Shown here piece after piece: positions 26,232-39,098 of a stretch of 64,000 nt of DNA. Numbering within the stretch: position 1 is the first letter of the stretch; every line of letters begins with the position of its first letter. Where the stretch lies: assembly GCA_002189035.1 (NCBI GenBank), contig CM007989.1, positions 744,001-808,000 on the forward strand, written 5' to 3'. A model generated the notes under the pieces. The model worked only from the letters and a program-made list of their open reading frames with translations, had not been told where the DNA came from and did not search any database. The translations under genes were made by a program, and so were the position numbers. The stretch comes from Utricularia gibba (Eukaryota > Plantae > Magnoliophyta).

Positions 26232-29200
26232 ATGCAGGTACCGGAGTTGCGTAGTCCTGCGGTGGCGCAGTTTCTTCCTCAGCGTATGTTTGATGGGAAG
26301 GTAGCGTTTTTTAAGAAAACTAAGAACCCAACAACAGTAACCGGATGTTGGAGATGCCATCCAAAGAGGATGGATATGGCGTTGTTTCACAGCCATTGTT
26401 CTCCGGATGCCGCCCAGTTACGATTTAGGGTTCGGGTGTCGCCGAGAGGCGCAGAGGAAATTGAAGAAGGCGGGGAGGAGAAGTTTCCCAGTTCGAGAGG
26501 CTGTTTTCTAATCTTAATCAAGCCTCACTGAAAAGGGAAGCTGGTGCGGTTGCACTCTAAACTGCTGTTCCTTTTTCTGTTTCTTTGAGTTGATAGGATG
26601 GTTGTAGTATGTATTCAAGTTGACATGATTTCTATACATGCCCCAGTTCATGTCTCCAAATATTTTATGTTCAGTGGTTGCTTCAATTGCTCTCTATTTT
26701 CATACAGGAAGCCTATCAAGTGCAGTTTTCTTGGTTGCTGGGACTACTGTATGTTACTGCTCTCTGCTGATGCATTATTCCTTTTTATTTGAAATACTGG
26801 TTGCCTTAGTTACTTGCTGTTTTGAGTGCCTTGATGCCTGTTCTATATTGCACTGCCCAGTTTCTTCTTGGAGTCCATAGTTTCACTTCCTGAAGACAAT
26901 GAATTTTCAATTGCAAATCCTTTGTGCTTGTAACTAGTGGGATTTTCTTAAAATGTACCATTGGTTTCTCTTGGAGTCTGGTAGGCGCTAAGGTCTATTC
27001 TGGACTGATCATCTTGGAATTTCATGTCCTGTGTAAAGAGGTAGACAACATAGAATCCCGATGAGCCTTAATTCATCATCACTGAAATGAACTCTTATCT
27101 TAGGTGGGGGCTGGTATCCTTGCAATTCCTGCAGTGACACAGGAATCTGGATTCTTGGCATCAGCCGTAATCTGTGTCTTGTGTTGGATATTTATGGTAA
27201 TAATAGCTCTATCTCTTTTTTTTTTTCTAGAGTTTTCATACAGGGTCTGCTTCTTCATCTATTGAACTTGATGACTCTTAAATGATTCAGGTCACAACAG
27301 GACTTCTAATTGCTGAAGTTAACGTCAATACAATGTGTGAGCTTGGTTCTGGCGGTGTTTCACTGGTAACCAACTTGATTTAAATATGCAACATTTCTTC
27401 CGGATGTTTATAAGCATGTTGTGTTTTCCAGGTATCAATGGCAATGAGAACGCTCGGAAAAACTGGGGTCCGGATAGTCAGGTGAAATACCTTCACATGG
27501 TTTTAGGATCATTTTGTGCTTCCAGCATGATGTAGTTTTGCTTTCAAGATCATATATCCTGTTGCTGTCAACCTCTTAATGTGTAGTTTCCCTCTTGCTT
27601 GCAGCACATCATACATTTTTATACATTATGCACTTCTCGTTGCCTATGTTGCTCGTTCTTCAGATATTCTATCACACTTCCTTCAATCTCCATTGTGAGT
27701 ACTTCGCTTGTTTCCCACCATTTTAGTTTCCCCACTGCTCGCTGGTCACTGTAGTTATACAAAGAGTGTTGATTGTCTTCCTTTTTGGCAGATGGGAAAC
27801 TGCTTCATTATTCTCTTTAGTCGTGGGAGGACTTTGTTACTTTGGAAGGTTGAATAATCTGTTCCAGTTGCTCAACTGATGTACTCCATATTACTGTCAT
27901 CACCTTATTCCTAGCTGAGGCTCTTGTTTCCTTGTAGTCAGCGAGTTATCGGAGCCGTAAATGGAATTCTATTAGTTGGCATCATAGCATCTTTCACAGG
28001 TCTTGCGGTAAGCTTTTGGAGTCCTCTTCACATTCTTTGTTGGAAAAAAACTGAAATGCAAACAGCTTGAAACTCATATCTATCATATTTCAAGGTGGCT
28101 TCATCTGGTAACCTGCACTGGGACGCTCTTCTGAAAGCCAACTTCGAGGCTGCTCCTCAAAGCATTCCAGTCATTCTACTTTCCTTTGTTTATCAGGTAA
28201 CTTGCCAAGTTCCCATCATTGTTCCTATTAAATGAAGCATGCCCAGAAGTTCAATGTTTCGTGCAGAATGTTGTACCTGTTCTATGCACAAATCTTGAAG
28301 GCAACTTGTCAAGAATAAGGTGATCAGGAGCATGCAGTTTTATAGACGTCTGTCCTTGTGTTTTTCCTTCTGCACTGGACTCAATGGCACATGTTTGTTT
28401 GCAGGACAGCAATCGTTCTTGGCACTGCCATCCCCCTCACCTTATTTCTTGTATGGAATGCTGTCATTCTGGGCACCATATCCACTTCCGGGATGGAACC
28501 AGCCATGCTCAGTGACCCGCTGCAGCAATTACGATCAGCAAATGCAGTTGTCGGAGTGAGTTCAATGAACTCTCTGGCTGAACTCTGTTACATCTTCTGC
28601 TCTAAACTCACCACCGGCACCTTCCAAACTTCCCTGATGCTGGCTCTTTCGTTTTTGGCAGCCTATAGTTGATGTGTTTTCATTGTTCGCCATCGCAACC
28701 TCATTCATCGGATTCATTCTCGGCTTGACGGACTTCCTTGCTGACCGTAAGCAAATTCTAGTATCCAAATGAAGGCACACTACACTGTTCGTCCTCACCA
28801 GTTAGTCCACCTTGCTGCAGTCCTGAAGCTTCCAGCCGGTGAGAGCAGGCCCTTGACTTACTTACTCGCCTTGATCCCACCTCTGGTTCTGTCCCTTCTG
28901 GACCCAGACATATTCTTCAAATCCCTGGATTTCGCCGGAACCTATGGAGGTAACTTGCTATATCTAACACCAATTGAACAGCACCTGTTTCTTGATTGTG
29001 TTTCCGGACGAATACTACTCGTTCTCCGGAGCATGCCGACTGCACATGATAGTTTCCTCATGGCGGTCGACCGATCGGAGAACGCATCGATTCATATGGT
29101 TGCTGATCGTGGTTGTTTGCAGTTTTGGTGCTGTTCGGGGTTGTCCCTGCTGCGATGTCTTGGTCTGATAAGTACTCCTCGTCCGGATCATCACCGTCGA

Positions 29201-29319
29201 GTTATCCTGTGAAGCTACCGGAGCTGGTGTACGGAGGAAAGCTCACCCTGTCGCTGGTGATGGGAAGCGCAGGGCTCATCATCCTTTCTGAGCTTCTCCA
29301 AAACCTCATTCACATATAA
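26232..29319 (+). CDS. Tryptophan/tyrosine permease (TyrP-like) with transit peptide, 14 exons, 1-nt frameshift at 26484-26489
   Basis: Exons 26232-26543, 26708-26748, 27104-27196, 27291-27365, 27432-27481, 27605-27694, 27792-27848, 27938-28007, 28095-28196, 28267-28319, 28405-28555, 28662-28746, 28821-28949, 29123-29319. FERLFSNLNQ, LVAGTTVGAGILAIP, SFVYQNVVPVLC, DFAGTYGVLVLFG. Confidence 0.92.
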
Positions 29320-29595
29320 CCATGTACACAAAAATCAGAAAATATGTATATATATAGTTTTTTAAAATTTTTATTTCATGTGACTTTTTTTAATTTCATG
29401 AATTTTAATTTTATTTCATTTATTTTGGATATATTTTATGAAATAAAATATTATTTAATAAAAGATTTGTAAAATTTATGCCAACTATATTTCCATATTT
29501 ATATATGTTGGCAAGAGTGAATAGATGCGTGTCCGGAGACTCCCCGATCGAAAAACCCTAACGCGGCCCTAATTTTCCGATCTTCGGCAATTTTG

Positions 29596-31083
29596 ATGGC
29601 GAGGAAGCGGAAAACTCGGGTGGCCGAAGCTCCTAGCGATCCCGAGAATGTGCCGGTACAGCCCGATGAGTCCGAGCTGCCGCATGGGGACTTGCAGGAG
29701 CCACCACCCGTATCAACCCCGGATCATGAGATCGTTGAGGAAGAGGCAGCAGTTGAGGAGCAAGTGTTGGAGGAAGATGTAGAAGAGCCTGAGTCGGAGG
29801 AAGAACAAGAAGCTGCTGAAGAGGGTGTTCCGGGGAGTACTGAGGATTATAGCCAAGGGGATGCTGCTGTTTCGAAGGAGGTGGAAAAGAATGATGAGGA
29901 TCCTTCGTTGGAAAATGGCGCAGAGAAATTGGAATTCGAGGATGAATTGGAGGAAGAGCCGCTGGAGAAGCTTCTTGAGCCATTTTCTAAAGACCAGTTG
30001 GTGCTTTTGTTCAAGGAAGCCGTTGCGAAACATCCTGACATAACGGAGAAGCTGCTTGAGTTGGCTGGAAGCGATCCTGCGCACTGCAAAGTGTTCATTC
30101 ACGGTCTTGGCTGGGACGCAAATGCTGAGACTTTAACCTCTGTGTTTGGGAAGTATGGAGAGATTGAAGATTGCAAGGTGGTGAGAGATAAGAATACCGG
30201 GAAATCGAAGGGGTATGGCTTCATTCTATTTAAGCATCGTGATGGTGCTCGGCGTGCATTGAAGCAGCCCCAGAAGCTGATCGAAGGCCGAATGACTTCG
30301 TGTCAGTTGGCCTCAGCTGGGCCAGTTCAGTCTTCACCATCCCCAGCGGTGCCAGCTTTTTCATCGCCTAACGTTTCTGAATACACCCAAAGGAAAATTT
30401 ATGTGAGCAATGTGTCCGCAGAGCTTGATCCCAACAAGCTTTATGAGTTCTTCTCAAGGTTTGGTGAGATTGAGGAGGGGCCTCTTGGTTTGGACAAACA
30501 GACTGGGAAACCTAAAGGGTTTTGTTTGTTTGTGTACAAGTCATTTGAAAGCGCTAAGAGAGCGCTAGAGGAACCTCACAAGAACTTTGAGGGTCAGATA
30601 CTTCATTGTCAGAAGGCCATAGATGGGCCTAAATATAATAGGGGGCACTTCAATCAGCAACTTCAACATCAGGGACATCAAGCATATCATCATCCTGCAA
30701 AGAAGGGGAGATATTCTGGGGCTGGTGGTGTTGGGCACACTGGTGGCCTCCTGATGGCACCGAGTGCTGGACCAGCAGTTCCACCCATGGGCTTTAATCC
30801 TGCTGTTGCACCTGTGGCCATAGGGCAGGCTGTAGCTGCTTTATTAGCTTCACAAGGGGCTGGGTTAGGTATTGGAAATGTGCTTGGAGGGATGGGACCT
30901 GGTGTTGCTCCACAGGGGGTATCACCAATCATTAATAATCCTGGTTATGGTGGTCAAGCTGGTGCAGGGGGATATGCGGGGCAAGCTGGGATGCAAGGCG
31001 GCTATGGTAGCCAGCCACAGATTGGTCCGGGTATTGCAAGGCCACATCAGGGAGGTGCGCCCTACATGGGTCATGGTCACTAG
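29596..31083 (+). CDS. UBA2: UBP1-associated protein 2-type two-RRM RNA-binding protein, intronless CDS
   Basis: Acidic N-terminus, LLEPFSKDQL, RRM1 KVFIHGLGW...KGYGFILF, RRM2 KIYVSNV...KGFCLFVY, Gly-rich tail. Confidence 0.92.
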   Translation: MARKRKTRVAEAPSDPENVPVQPDESELPHGDLQEPPPVSTPDHEIVEEEAAVEEQVLEEDVEEPESEEEQEAAEEGVPGSTEDYSQGDAAVSKEVEKNDEDPSLENGAEKLEFEDELEEEPLEKLLEPFSKDQLVLLFKEAVAKHPDITEKLLELAGSDPAHCKVFIHGLGWDANAETLTSVFGKYGEIEDCKVVRDKNTGKSKGYGFILFKHRDGARRALKQPQKLIEGRMTSCQLASAGPVQSSPSPAVPAFSSPNVSEYTQRKIYVSNVSAELDPNKLYEFFSRFGEIEEGPLGLDKQTGKPKGFCLFVYKSFESAKRALEEPHKNFEGQILHCQKAIDGPKYNRGHFNQQLQHQGHQAYHHPAKKGRYSGAGGVGHTGGLLMAPSAGPAVPPMGFNPAVAPVAIGQAVAALLASQGAGLGIGNVLGGMGPGVAPQGVSPIINNPGYGGQAGAGGYAGQAGMQGGYGSQPQIGPGIARPHQGGAPYMGHGH

Positions 31084-32650
31084 GTGGCCAGAGGTATATT
31101 GGCGTTTCCTCGATCTTTTTACATAACAACTAAACTAACAAATGAGGCAGTCCATGTATGATGTAAATTGTTCTATCAACTAATTTCTAATGCAGGATGT
31201 AGTTTTTGCAGTTTCTTCTAGGAATTTAATGCTTTTCTTTTCAAGCAGGTGTAACTAAGTTTTGATGCTGATGAAAGTTGCAGGTGATTGCGCTGAATGC
31301 CAGAAATATTTCCCCGGAAAAAATACACTGCATTTTAACTCTTTTGAGTAAAAGTTATTTTCTTTTTTGAAACTATATCATTTTATATTTTACGTATTCA
31401 TCGTGCAGATTCTTCGTAAATGCACCAAACTTTTAGTTTTGGACACTGGTGATTCTTCTGAAGTCCAGCAGTCTTGCAAACGAAGCCTTTCCTTGTCGCA
31501 AAAAGTCACTTTCCTATTTTAAAAACCGTGTATCAGCTTTTCTCTGCGTTCTAATTATGTTGAATATTTTCTAAAAGTCTGTTATTTTTATTCAGTAAGA
31601 ACTCAAAGTAATTGAGAGCGTTTGCCTTAACTGTTCCGTCTCATTTGATTTTTTAATCTACCGCTTTTTACTAATGTATTCAAGTCTGTGCTTTTATTTT
31701 TTATTTGTTTATCATTGAGGTAGTCGAAATTGTAAAAAAAACCTGCAATTTTTTTCATGGAAAAATATTGCTATGCATTTCAAGCTTTTTATGGTAAACG
31801 GTGCTGGTTTTCGTTCTCTCTTAGCATTTCCAAAGTATCCATGGGTGATGGAAATTTTTATTGGTTGTTTGGATGACAATGAAGACATCTTCATGGTTAT
31901 CAACTAACGGGCATCATAGTATGATTTTGGACCAGCTATGTTGCAGGTGTTCCCATTTGTGGTGGAAACCGTTCAGCATGCTTTGGTACTTGTGGCTTGG
32001 CCGCTTGCTAGTTGATATCATGCATCGCTATCTTATTCTTTTCTTGTTTCCCAACCCAACTTTTTCAGTAGATTAGGAGATGTTCTTGATCCGATTGCGA
32101 AGATGACGTGCTCTTGCACGAATTACTAGCATTGCGAGTTTGATACATGCATGTGGCTGACCACTTCCTGAGTGTGTTTTGGTTGGAAAAAGGATGAAAA
32201 TCTGATGAAGCCCCTAGCTAGGTCTGATACTAACAAATTATTCGCCCTGTTCACTTGTATGTTTTCCCAAGTCATCTCTGCACCAAACACTGCCTCTTGC
32301 AGAAGCCACGAAGTGAATGATTTGCACTAGAAAAGCAGTGATTCACACAATTAGAAATGTGGAGGTAGATGCACAACTGACTTTTGTGCATCCTCGAAGT
32401 GGACTTCTGTGACACTTATTCAGCTGTACAAGAGCACGGAGCAGGAGATGCATAAATAACACAGCAACGCCATCCTGACCTATTTATGAATTACAACAGG
32501 CTAGCTCTTCGGTGATGCTATTCTGCAGACCGAAGCTAGAAAGGTACGTCTATCGTCTTGACAAAACCACATAACAGTAACATTCACAGTGGTACTTAGC
32601 GGAGACAGAGAGTCAGTCTCCTCTTGGATGTAGTGGTTGTGAGGCATGTG

Positions 32651-35142
32651 TCATATGTCCATGGACATGAGAATTCTCTGGTCTTTAGATGAAGGGAGTG
32701 AAGCTGCATCGACAACCTGTGGTTATTCACAAGTTCAGCATAGCCCGTGAGTTTTCCACCCCCAAAGACAATTCTATTGCAGAGAGTACTATCGAAATGG
32801 GAAAAAAAAATCAACGGGAGTTGACACTGAGACCTTGAAACCGGTTTTTTCATAAAGACGGCGGGCAGCATTGTTGTCTGCATTTACGTGCACAAATATT
32901 CTCTTTTGCCCTGTAGAAATGATGAAGAAGATACGCACAACATGCCAAATTCGAAGCAACTCAACGGAGGGGGGGGGAAAAAGTGATACCTGCTCTTATT
33001 GCAACATCCCATGCTAACTGTAGCATGTTTGAAGCAATACCCTGACGTCGAGCAAACTTGGCAACACAGACATTTGCATATAAGCATACTTGTGAGTATC
33101 AAAAGGCTCTTGAGAGGCAAAAACAGAGTAACGCCTCTTTATCTCCTGCGGAATGGAAGAATAAATAAACATTTCAGTGGGCAAGGCCTAAGGCAATTGT
33201 GCAGGATTAGAGAAGCAAAAGGGAAGGTATTTGGTATTCAGCATCTGGCTGATTTGATAAGAGCAAGATGCGTGAAGAAATGAAGCCTGGGATGCCTCTC
33301 TCGGGCTATATTAACATATGATCACATATTCGAAATAAGTTAAGCATGGACAGTAGTTTATACCCCCGGATAGGTCTCGCCTTGTACAAACTGTCTGATG
33401 CTCAGGTCCAGAGTGCCCACTGTACTGTTGAGGACTGTTCTTCGAATGCTTGGGTCTTCTTTTTTGACCTGCAACAGATATTTGTGAAAGCAATACTAGA
33501 CTTTAGAGGGACTGAATTTGCATATTAGGATGCCACCCGGCAGCCGAATGGGTTAGGGGCTGGAATTGAAAAAAAGCACTTACTGCTACAAGGCAAAAGC
33601 ACTTCAGAGAATTCCCATCCTGCCCAAAGCACCTCCGCTTCAGTGCATAGAACTCCTGAATAGAAATGGAGAGTTAAAACTAACAAATGCGGACTGCAAC
33701 GAAGACAAGAACCATCCTCCGCTAGATGAAAATGCATCATCACAATACTTTATTCATTAAATGAACAACTCTATGGTCCAAAATGTTAGCAATAGCAATG
33801 CCAGATGGGTCATGGCGCCAGATATGTAGCCATTTGAAAAGTACTCTTGAGGGGATTTTACAAAAGGTTGTTATTTAAGAATGTATCCAGCACATTTGTG
33901 CAGGTTTCAAACCAAATGGGGCTGAATGGATTTCTTGAACTACTATGGCAGAGGCTCACCTGTTCTGCATACTTTTTTTTGTAGCTATCAATATGCCTGC
34001 CAAAACACCAACAAAAGATGTCACAATGATACACCAATCCAATAAAACAATCGTAGTGAAGCAGTGTCATCAAGCAACAAAATGCAGGCTGAAGAGCAGC
34101 CTGTTAAACATCGTGATACTTAAGTAGAGAATGACCTCATATAAGAAACAGATTCCCAATGGGCTTCTGCTCGAAGCCATGCTGCAGTCTGCCATAATTA
34201 TATAGAAGCATTATCATATACATGAGCAGCTCTTTGTAAAAGTATAACGAGTGTATATGTGTGCTACACGCCTATGCTCATTCAAGAGATCTGGTGCAAG
34301 TGCATGTGCACCAGGTAAAATTACTAGCTACAGGCATACATGTTCAAGAGAAAACATGAAAACTTACCCAATATTCCTCATCCACAATAGCCTCACGAGC
34401 AACAAAAGAACCGAACTCCCTACTCTGCAGTCCAGTACATTCTTCAACTGTGGGCTGCAGCCGGTCAAAGGATAGCTCGGGCAATGTTTGGTTAATGCTT
34501 ATCCTTGCATCATTTGCGCAACAAACTTCAATGTTCTTTAACTTATTATACTGCTGAGCACAAAATGATTCCCTAACCCTGTAGATTGGGGTGGCAGCGA
34601 CAAAATGTAAGAGTAGAAAGTCTATCACACAAATCATTCAGAAAAGCAACTTCTGCTTCAACACATTTAGTAACAGCTATGACATGGACAATCCTCTGAA
34701 GAGATGCCTAAAGGTGTTTCTATTTGGCAGCGCACATTCCAAATCATGGGCTGATTATCTTGCGCTTGAAAATGGATGGAAGGAACTGATATTTGTTTCA
34801 AATGATCAAAACACCAGGCTTAGTAGCATACAAGAAACGTGAATAACAACTGCACTACTGAACCTCCTTTCTATGTGCCAACACACAAAAATAAAAATTC
34901 TGTCCTCAAAATAACCGAGACAAGGCATCACCAACACCCAAATCGAAAACTCAAAATCCCAAATCTTTCCCAAGCATCAAGAGAACTTTCAATAAGGCGA
35001 CACAAAACTCCCAAGATACACAGCAACCAAAGTACCTGGGAAAATTTCCACGCGCGGGCAAAACCTCGGTTTTCGTATGATGAACGGAAAACTGGGTTTG
35101 TGGCAGGTTTGATGCCGGCAAGTAACATCCCTTCGCCGCCAT
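32651..35142 (-). CDS. GNAT (GCN5-related) N-acetyltransferase, probably plastid-targeted, 1-nt frameshift at about 33077
   Basis: Exons include ...-34368 (FVAREAIVDEEYW), 34188-34136 (TAAWLRAEAHWES), 33996-33960, 33655-33584, 33468-33364 (VGTLDLSIRQ), 33145-32990 (YAY[I]ANVCVAKFARRQGIASNML, acetyl-CoA motif A), 32910-32834 (FVHVNADN...LYEKTGFK), 32716-32651. The first two exon junctions are uncertain. Confidence 0.85.
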
Positions 35143-35635
35143 TTTTTGTTGATCCCCCTCCCGTACACTTAACGGATAATCAAAACAAAAATCGGCACAA
35201 AGCATTCACTCCCGAAGACAAATCGGGGATGGATCTCAGGGTTTTGCTGGCCTGCGTTTCAAGATAAAAGAAGGAAATGGAGGAACCGTCGAACCAATGA
35301 GATGAAAAGCGATACCTTCCCTCCAGCACAAGAGAAGTCAAGTTGCTAATGGCTGTTCCGGATTTATCCGTATCCGATAAAGTAGTTCCACGTCAAACGA
35401 GAAACGACGTCGTTTTATTTTTATCCCATTCTTTTTTTTTTCCACATCGAAAAACACAATATTTATTTAATGAATTGTCATGCCCTAAAAAAATAATAAA
35501 ATAATATATTTATTATATTGTGGGAAAGAAAATAACATCTTGGAGTTCACAACGCAGTCCACAAAAGCAGCACCATACAAACACCACTCCACAGAGAGGA
35601 TAGATATCTGAATCATGTAAAATGTACAGATTGTT

Positions 35636-37170
35636 TCAGTTCTTGGGCACCAGGTAGACCCTGGCCTTGATGATGGATCCATTCCCGAGCTTGAATCCGG
35701 GGCTCACAGAGATCCCCACGATCATCGACACTCCCACTTTGGACCCGCCTGAGTCGATTCCGGGAGTCTTCACCACGCTCTCCATGTACTGAGGATGGAA
35801 CTCCACCCCTCTGCTGGCTTCGAAGTGTCCCGGCGGAGGATCCAGTGAAAAGGCCAGCAGATGCAGCAGCCACACCGCCTTGGCCAGCCCACGAACTCGC
35901 CGTAGAACTGGCTCCGGGGATGGTGCCCATCCAGCAGCTGCTGCCTCTGCTCCAGGTCCCCGAACAGGGACTCCTCCATTTTGGGATGCACGATGGAGAG
36001 ATACTTCTTGGAGCAGAAGTTGCCGAAGCTGCAAGTTGGGAGAATGCCGAGGAGCTCCACGGGGTCCATGGCCTTCATGTCGTGGTACTGGGCGAAGCAG
36101 TCTCTGCGGTGCTGGTCAGGGTGGAGGATGGATGAGAGGCTGCCGTCCATGTAGAAGGTTTCGTGGTCGAAGCCGAGGAAGATCTTGCGGTTGACGTAGG
36201 ATTCCAAGGCGTATCTGGCGTGGTTGGCGCCCAGAGACTGGTTGGCTGAGGAGGGGTTGAAGTGCATCGCAGAGGAGGCCGCCTCGATGGATCTGACCGC
36301 CGCTGCTATGTCCCAATTGGCCGAGCGCATCAGTGACAGGAGCAGGGAGGTGAAAGCTTTTGACGCCTCCTTCACCAGACTCATTGTTTCTACGAAGAGT
36401 TCGACCATTGGGGGCACCGGAGCTGCGCAAAGCAAACATCAAGCAACAACGATAGCCATCAAAATCTTGCCTTTAATCCAACAAAACCATGAAGTGCAGT
36501 CATGGCTTTCCAGTTTGTGCTTTATACGGGAATGGAGATCAAAGAACTAGAGCAAAATGGTAAAATTTCGGACCTTGGGTGCTGCAACTGACCCGGCGCC
36601 TGGATCGGGCTCTGGGTTTGGAGGCGGACATAGAGCGTTCCAAGGACGTGGCGGTTTTGAGCTTCTCCCTCAAACTCTCGACCTCCAAATGCTTCGCCTT
36701 CACTTCTCTCTTCAGATCCTCAATCGCCCCTTCGTACGGTGCCACGACTTCCCTCAATGTAGCCGCCGACAACCCCCACCGTCCCCCCTTCCCGCCGCCG
36801 CGCTTGAATCTCTCTCTCAAGAGATTCAGGCGCCGCAGCTCCGCCACAACCGCTACGTCCGCGACGCGCATCTTCTCCGCGTCCCAGGGGCAGTGCGACT
36901 CCTGGAGCCCGACGTACGCCCTCTTCAACGCCGACACGGCATCGAATACCTGTCCCACCAGAAGCTGAAGCTCCACCGGCCGCGACGGCACCTCCCCCAC
37001 ATTGGCGTTCAGGGAGAAGTCCCTTTCTTCCTCCTCCAAGTCGATCTGGGTGTCCCCATCCCCGCAATCCGAGATTTCCCCGGTCGCGCAACCCCCGCCA
37101 AGGGATGCAGAAGACAAGACCCAGTAACCCGCTGGATCAAACCCGAGAAATTGGACGCCTTTTTGCTCAT
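35636..37170 (-). CDS. GIL1: GRAVITROPIC IN THE LIGHT 1-like (DUF641), 2 exons, two 1-nt frameshifts
   Basis: True start appears to be ATG 37170 (MSKKASNFSGLIQRVTGSCLLHPL). Also VFDAVSALKRAYVGLQESHCPWD, FCSKKYLSIVHPKMEESLFG, LAKAVWLLHLLAFS, GFKLGNGSIIKARVY. Intron 36573-36423. Frame breaks at 37078-37096 and 35888-35890. Confidence 0.9.
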
Positions 37171-39078
37171 CTTCCAGGGGCGATTCTCGCTCTTGCACCC
37201 CACAGTTCTGCGGTTCAAATCACCAACTCATGCGTTTGTTTTATCCTCAATTTAATATTCACAGAAACAATAAATGCGGGATACCCCCATCTCTGTTGCC
37301 GGATCTGAGCTTAATGTTGTGGTGGGAGCTATGGCTTCTGTGGAACGGCACCGAGTGCACACCTGGATGCGCCTCTTCCTCGCTCGTCGTGTCCTCATCC
37401 TCCACCTCCACCTTCATACACCTGCACGCTTTCCCCCTGCGAACCAACACAGAACAGGCTTTAGATTCCGAGGAGGAGCACCGAAACGGCAGAACCTTCC
37501 GGTAGACGGACGAACCGCGATTTCTCGCCGCCGCGGGACGATCGGAATAGTAAGCCGGAGAGCATGGCGCTGTTCCCTCAGGCTGGAGCCGAATGTGATG
37601 CGTGCAAGCTCCTGCCAGGAGAGGCATATATAGAAACCCCCAACCAAAAAGGTCATGCCATGCTGATTATTCAATAAATAAAATGTTATTTTGTACCTTA
37701 ATTATACATTTTAACCACATAAATTACGTATTTAAAAAATAAAAGGTAATTTATCTCTCTTAATCTAAATAAAATTCATTTTGTACCCTCAATATACTTA
37801 TTTATATTGAAATTAAAATAATACACATAACTCATATTATAAAACATTAAACTCAATTGATTACTAATAATATATAATTTTTTATACAATTTAATATTAA
37901 ATTCTAATTTAATATTTTGGAATTATGCATATATATATCAATAACTACACATATTTGATATTCGTATTATTTAATATAAATATAATTTTTGAAATAATTA
38001 CATGACTCCCTGAACTATATTTTTTAAAATTCTTTTTTCATGAATTTTCTTACTCTGCCAAGTTTTTTTTCTGTAATTCCAAATACATATCTACTAAATA
38101 TAATAATATTTTAAATATATATTTAAAAAAATCATATATCAAACATCATTTCAATTATAATTACTATTTATTTAACATAAATATAATTCAAATATATTAT
38201 TAATTAAACTACCTTGTCTCAAACACAATATAATTAATACTTTATTCAATAATATCATCTACCAAATGCAAACTAAATTTTATCAAATCTTTCATTTCTA
38301 TACAAATTAATCAATCTTATGTGCATCTACTCCTTAACAAATTAAAATGTTCCATCAAACAAATCGAAAATATTTTCGGCGAATTTGCCCAAGTATTTGA
38401 GTTGCTATATGAGACATGCCTAATTTCTACGATTTGTTTCGATAATCTTTGTGTCTTAAAGCATATGCACATGAAATTGAGTTGTGCGATATATTATAAG
38501 GTGATGGATATGTTTTCCTTTAGAATTCAGGTGCGAGATGATTAATTATTCTAAGATAATTTCCCGATACAGAAAGGCAACCAGGAAGGCCATGTGGAGG
38601 AGAAGGAGCCGCTCGCTCTTCCTCTTCCTCTTCCTCTTGTCCGCTTCTGATTGATTCTTAGTATTTGAACTCGTGCTGCATTATCCCATGAAGGGACAGA
38701 CAGGAGGATGGCCATGCGGTCCATGTCGGGAAACGATTCCTGGCCATCCCTCCCTCCGTGCATGGGCTTCATCTCCGGGCGGCCGACCGGCGCAACGCTC
38801 GAACCAGTCATGGAGTTGCAGGTGCAGATCCAATCCCCGAAACGCCTATTGCAGGCAGTCGATCAAGTGTGAAAAAAGAATATTGGATGTACTAAATGTA
38901 TAATATCATGCAACACGAAAACTGGTGATGATATTAACTTTATTAATCTTGCATGTTTTATTTTCTTTAAAACATTAAAATAAACTATAAAAATTGAATA
39001 TTGTAAACGAATAATATCATATAAAATGAATAGAGACGTATCGTAACATTCATACACCTGCAGCTCAAATCTATCATA

Positions 39079-39098
39079 GGGTTCATTGAATATGGATG
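39079..39098 (+). promoter_or_regulatory. Candidate UPE-box (sulfur-deficiency, SLIM1/EIL3-type element)
   Basis: GGGTTCATTGAATATGGATG matches 17 of 20 positions of my recalled consensus AGRTWCATTGAAYCTRGACR. It lies about 2.8 kb upstream of the LSU ATG. Confidence 0.4.

Noticed and set aside
26238-26491. Intron CAG|GTACCG...TTTCCCAG as an alternative to the TyrP frameshift
   Set aside because: It would delete the whole transit-peptide-like region, and the segment is GC-rich and coding-like rather than U-rich. A 1-nt loss is simpler. Not fully excluded without RNA-seq.
36539-37198. ORF start at 37198 (MQERESPLEDE) as the GIL1 start
   Set aside because: The conserved GIL1 N-terminus (MSKKASNFSGLIQRV...CLLHPL) begins at 37170 in another frame. 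The longer start is a by-product of the frameshift.
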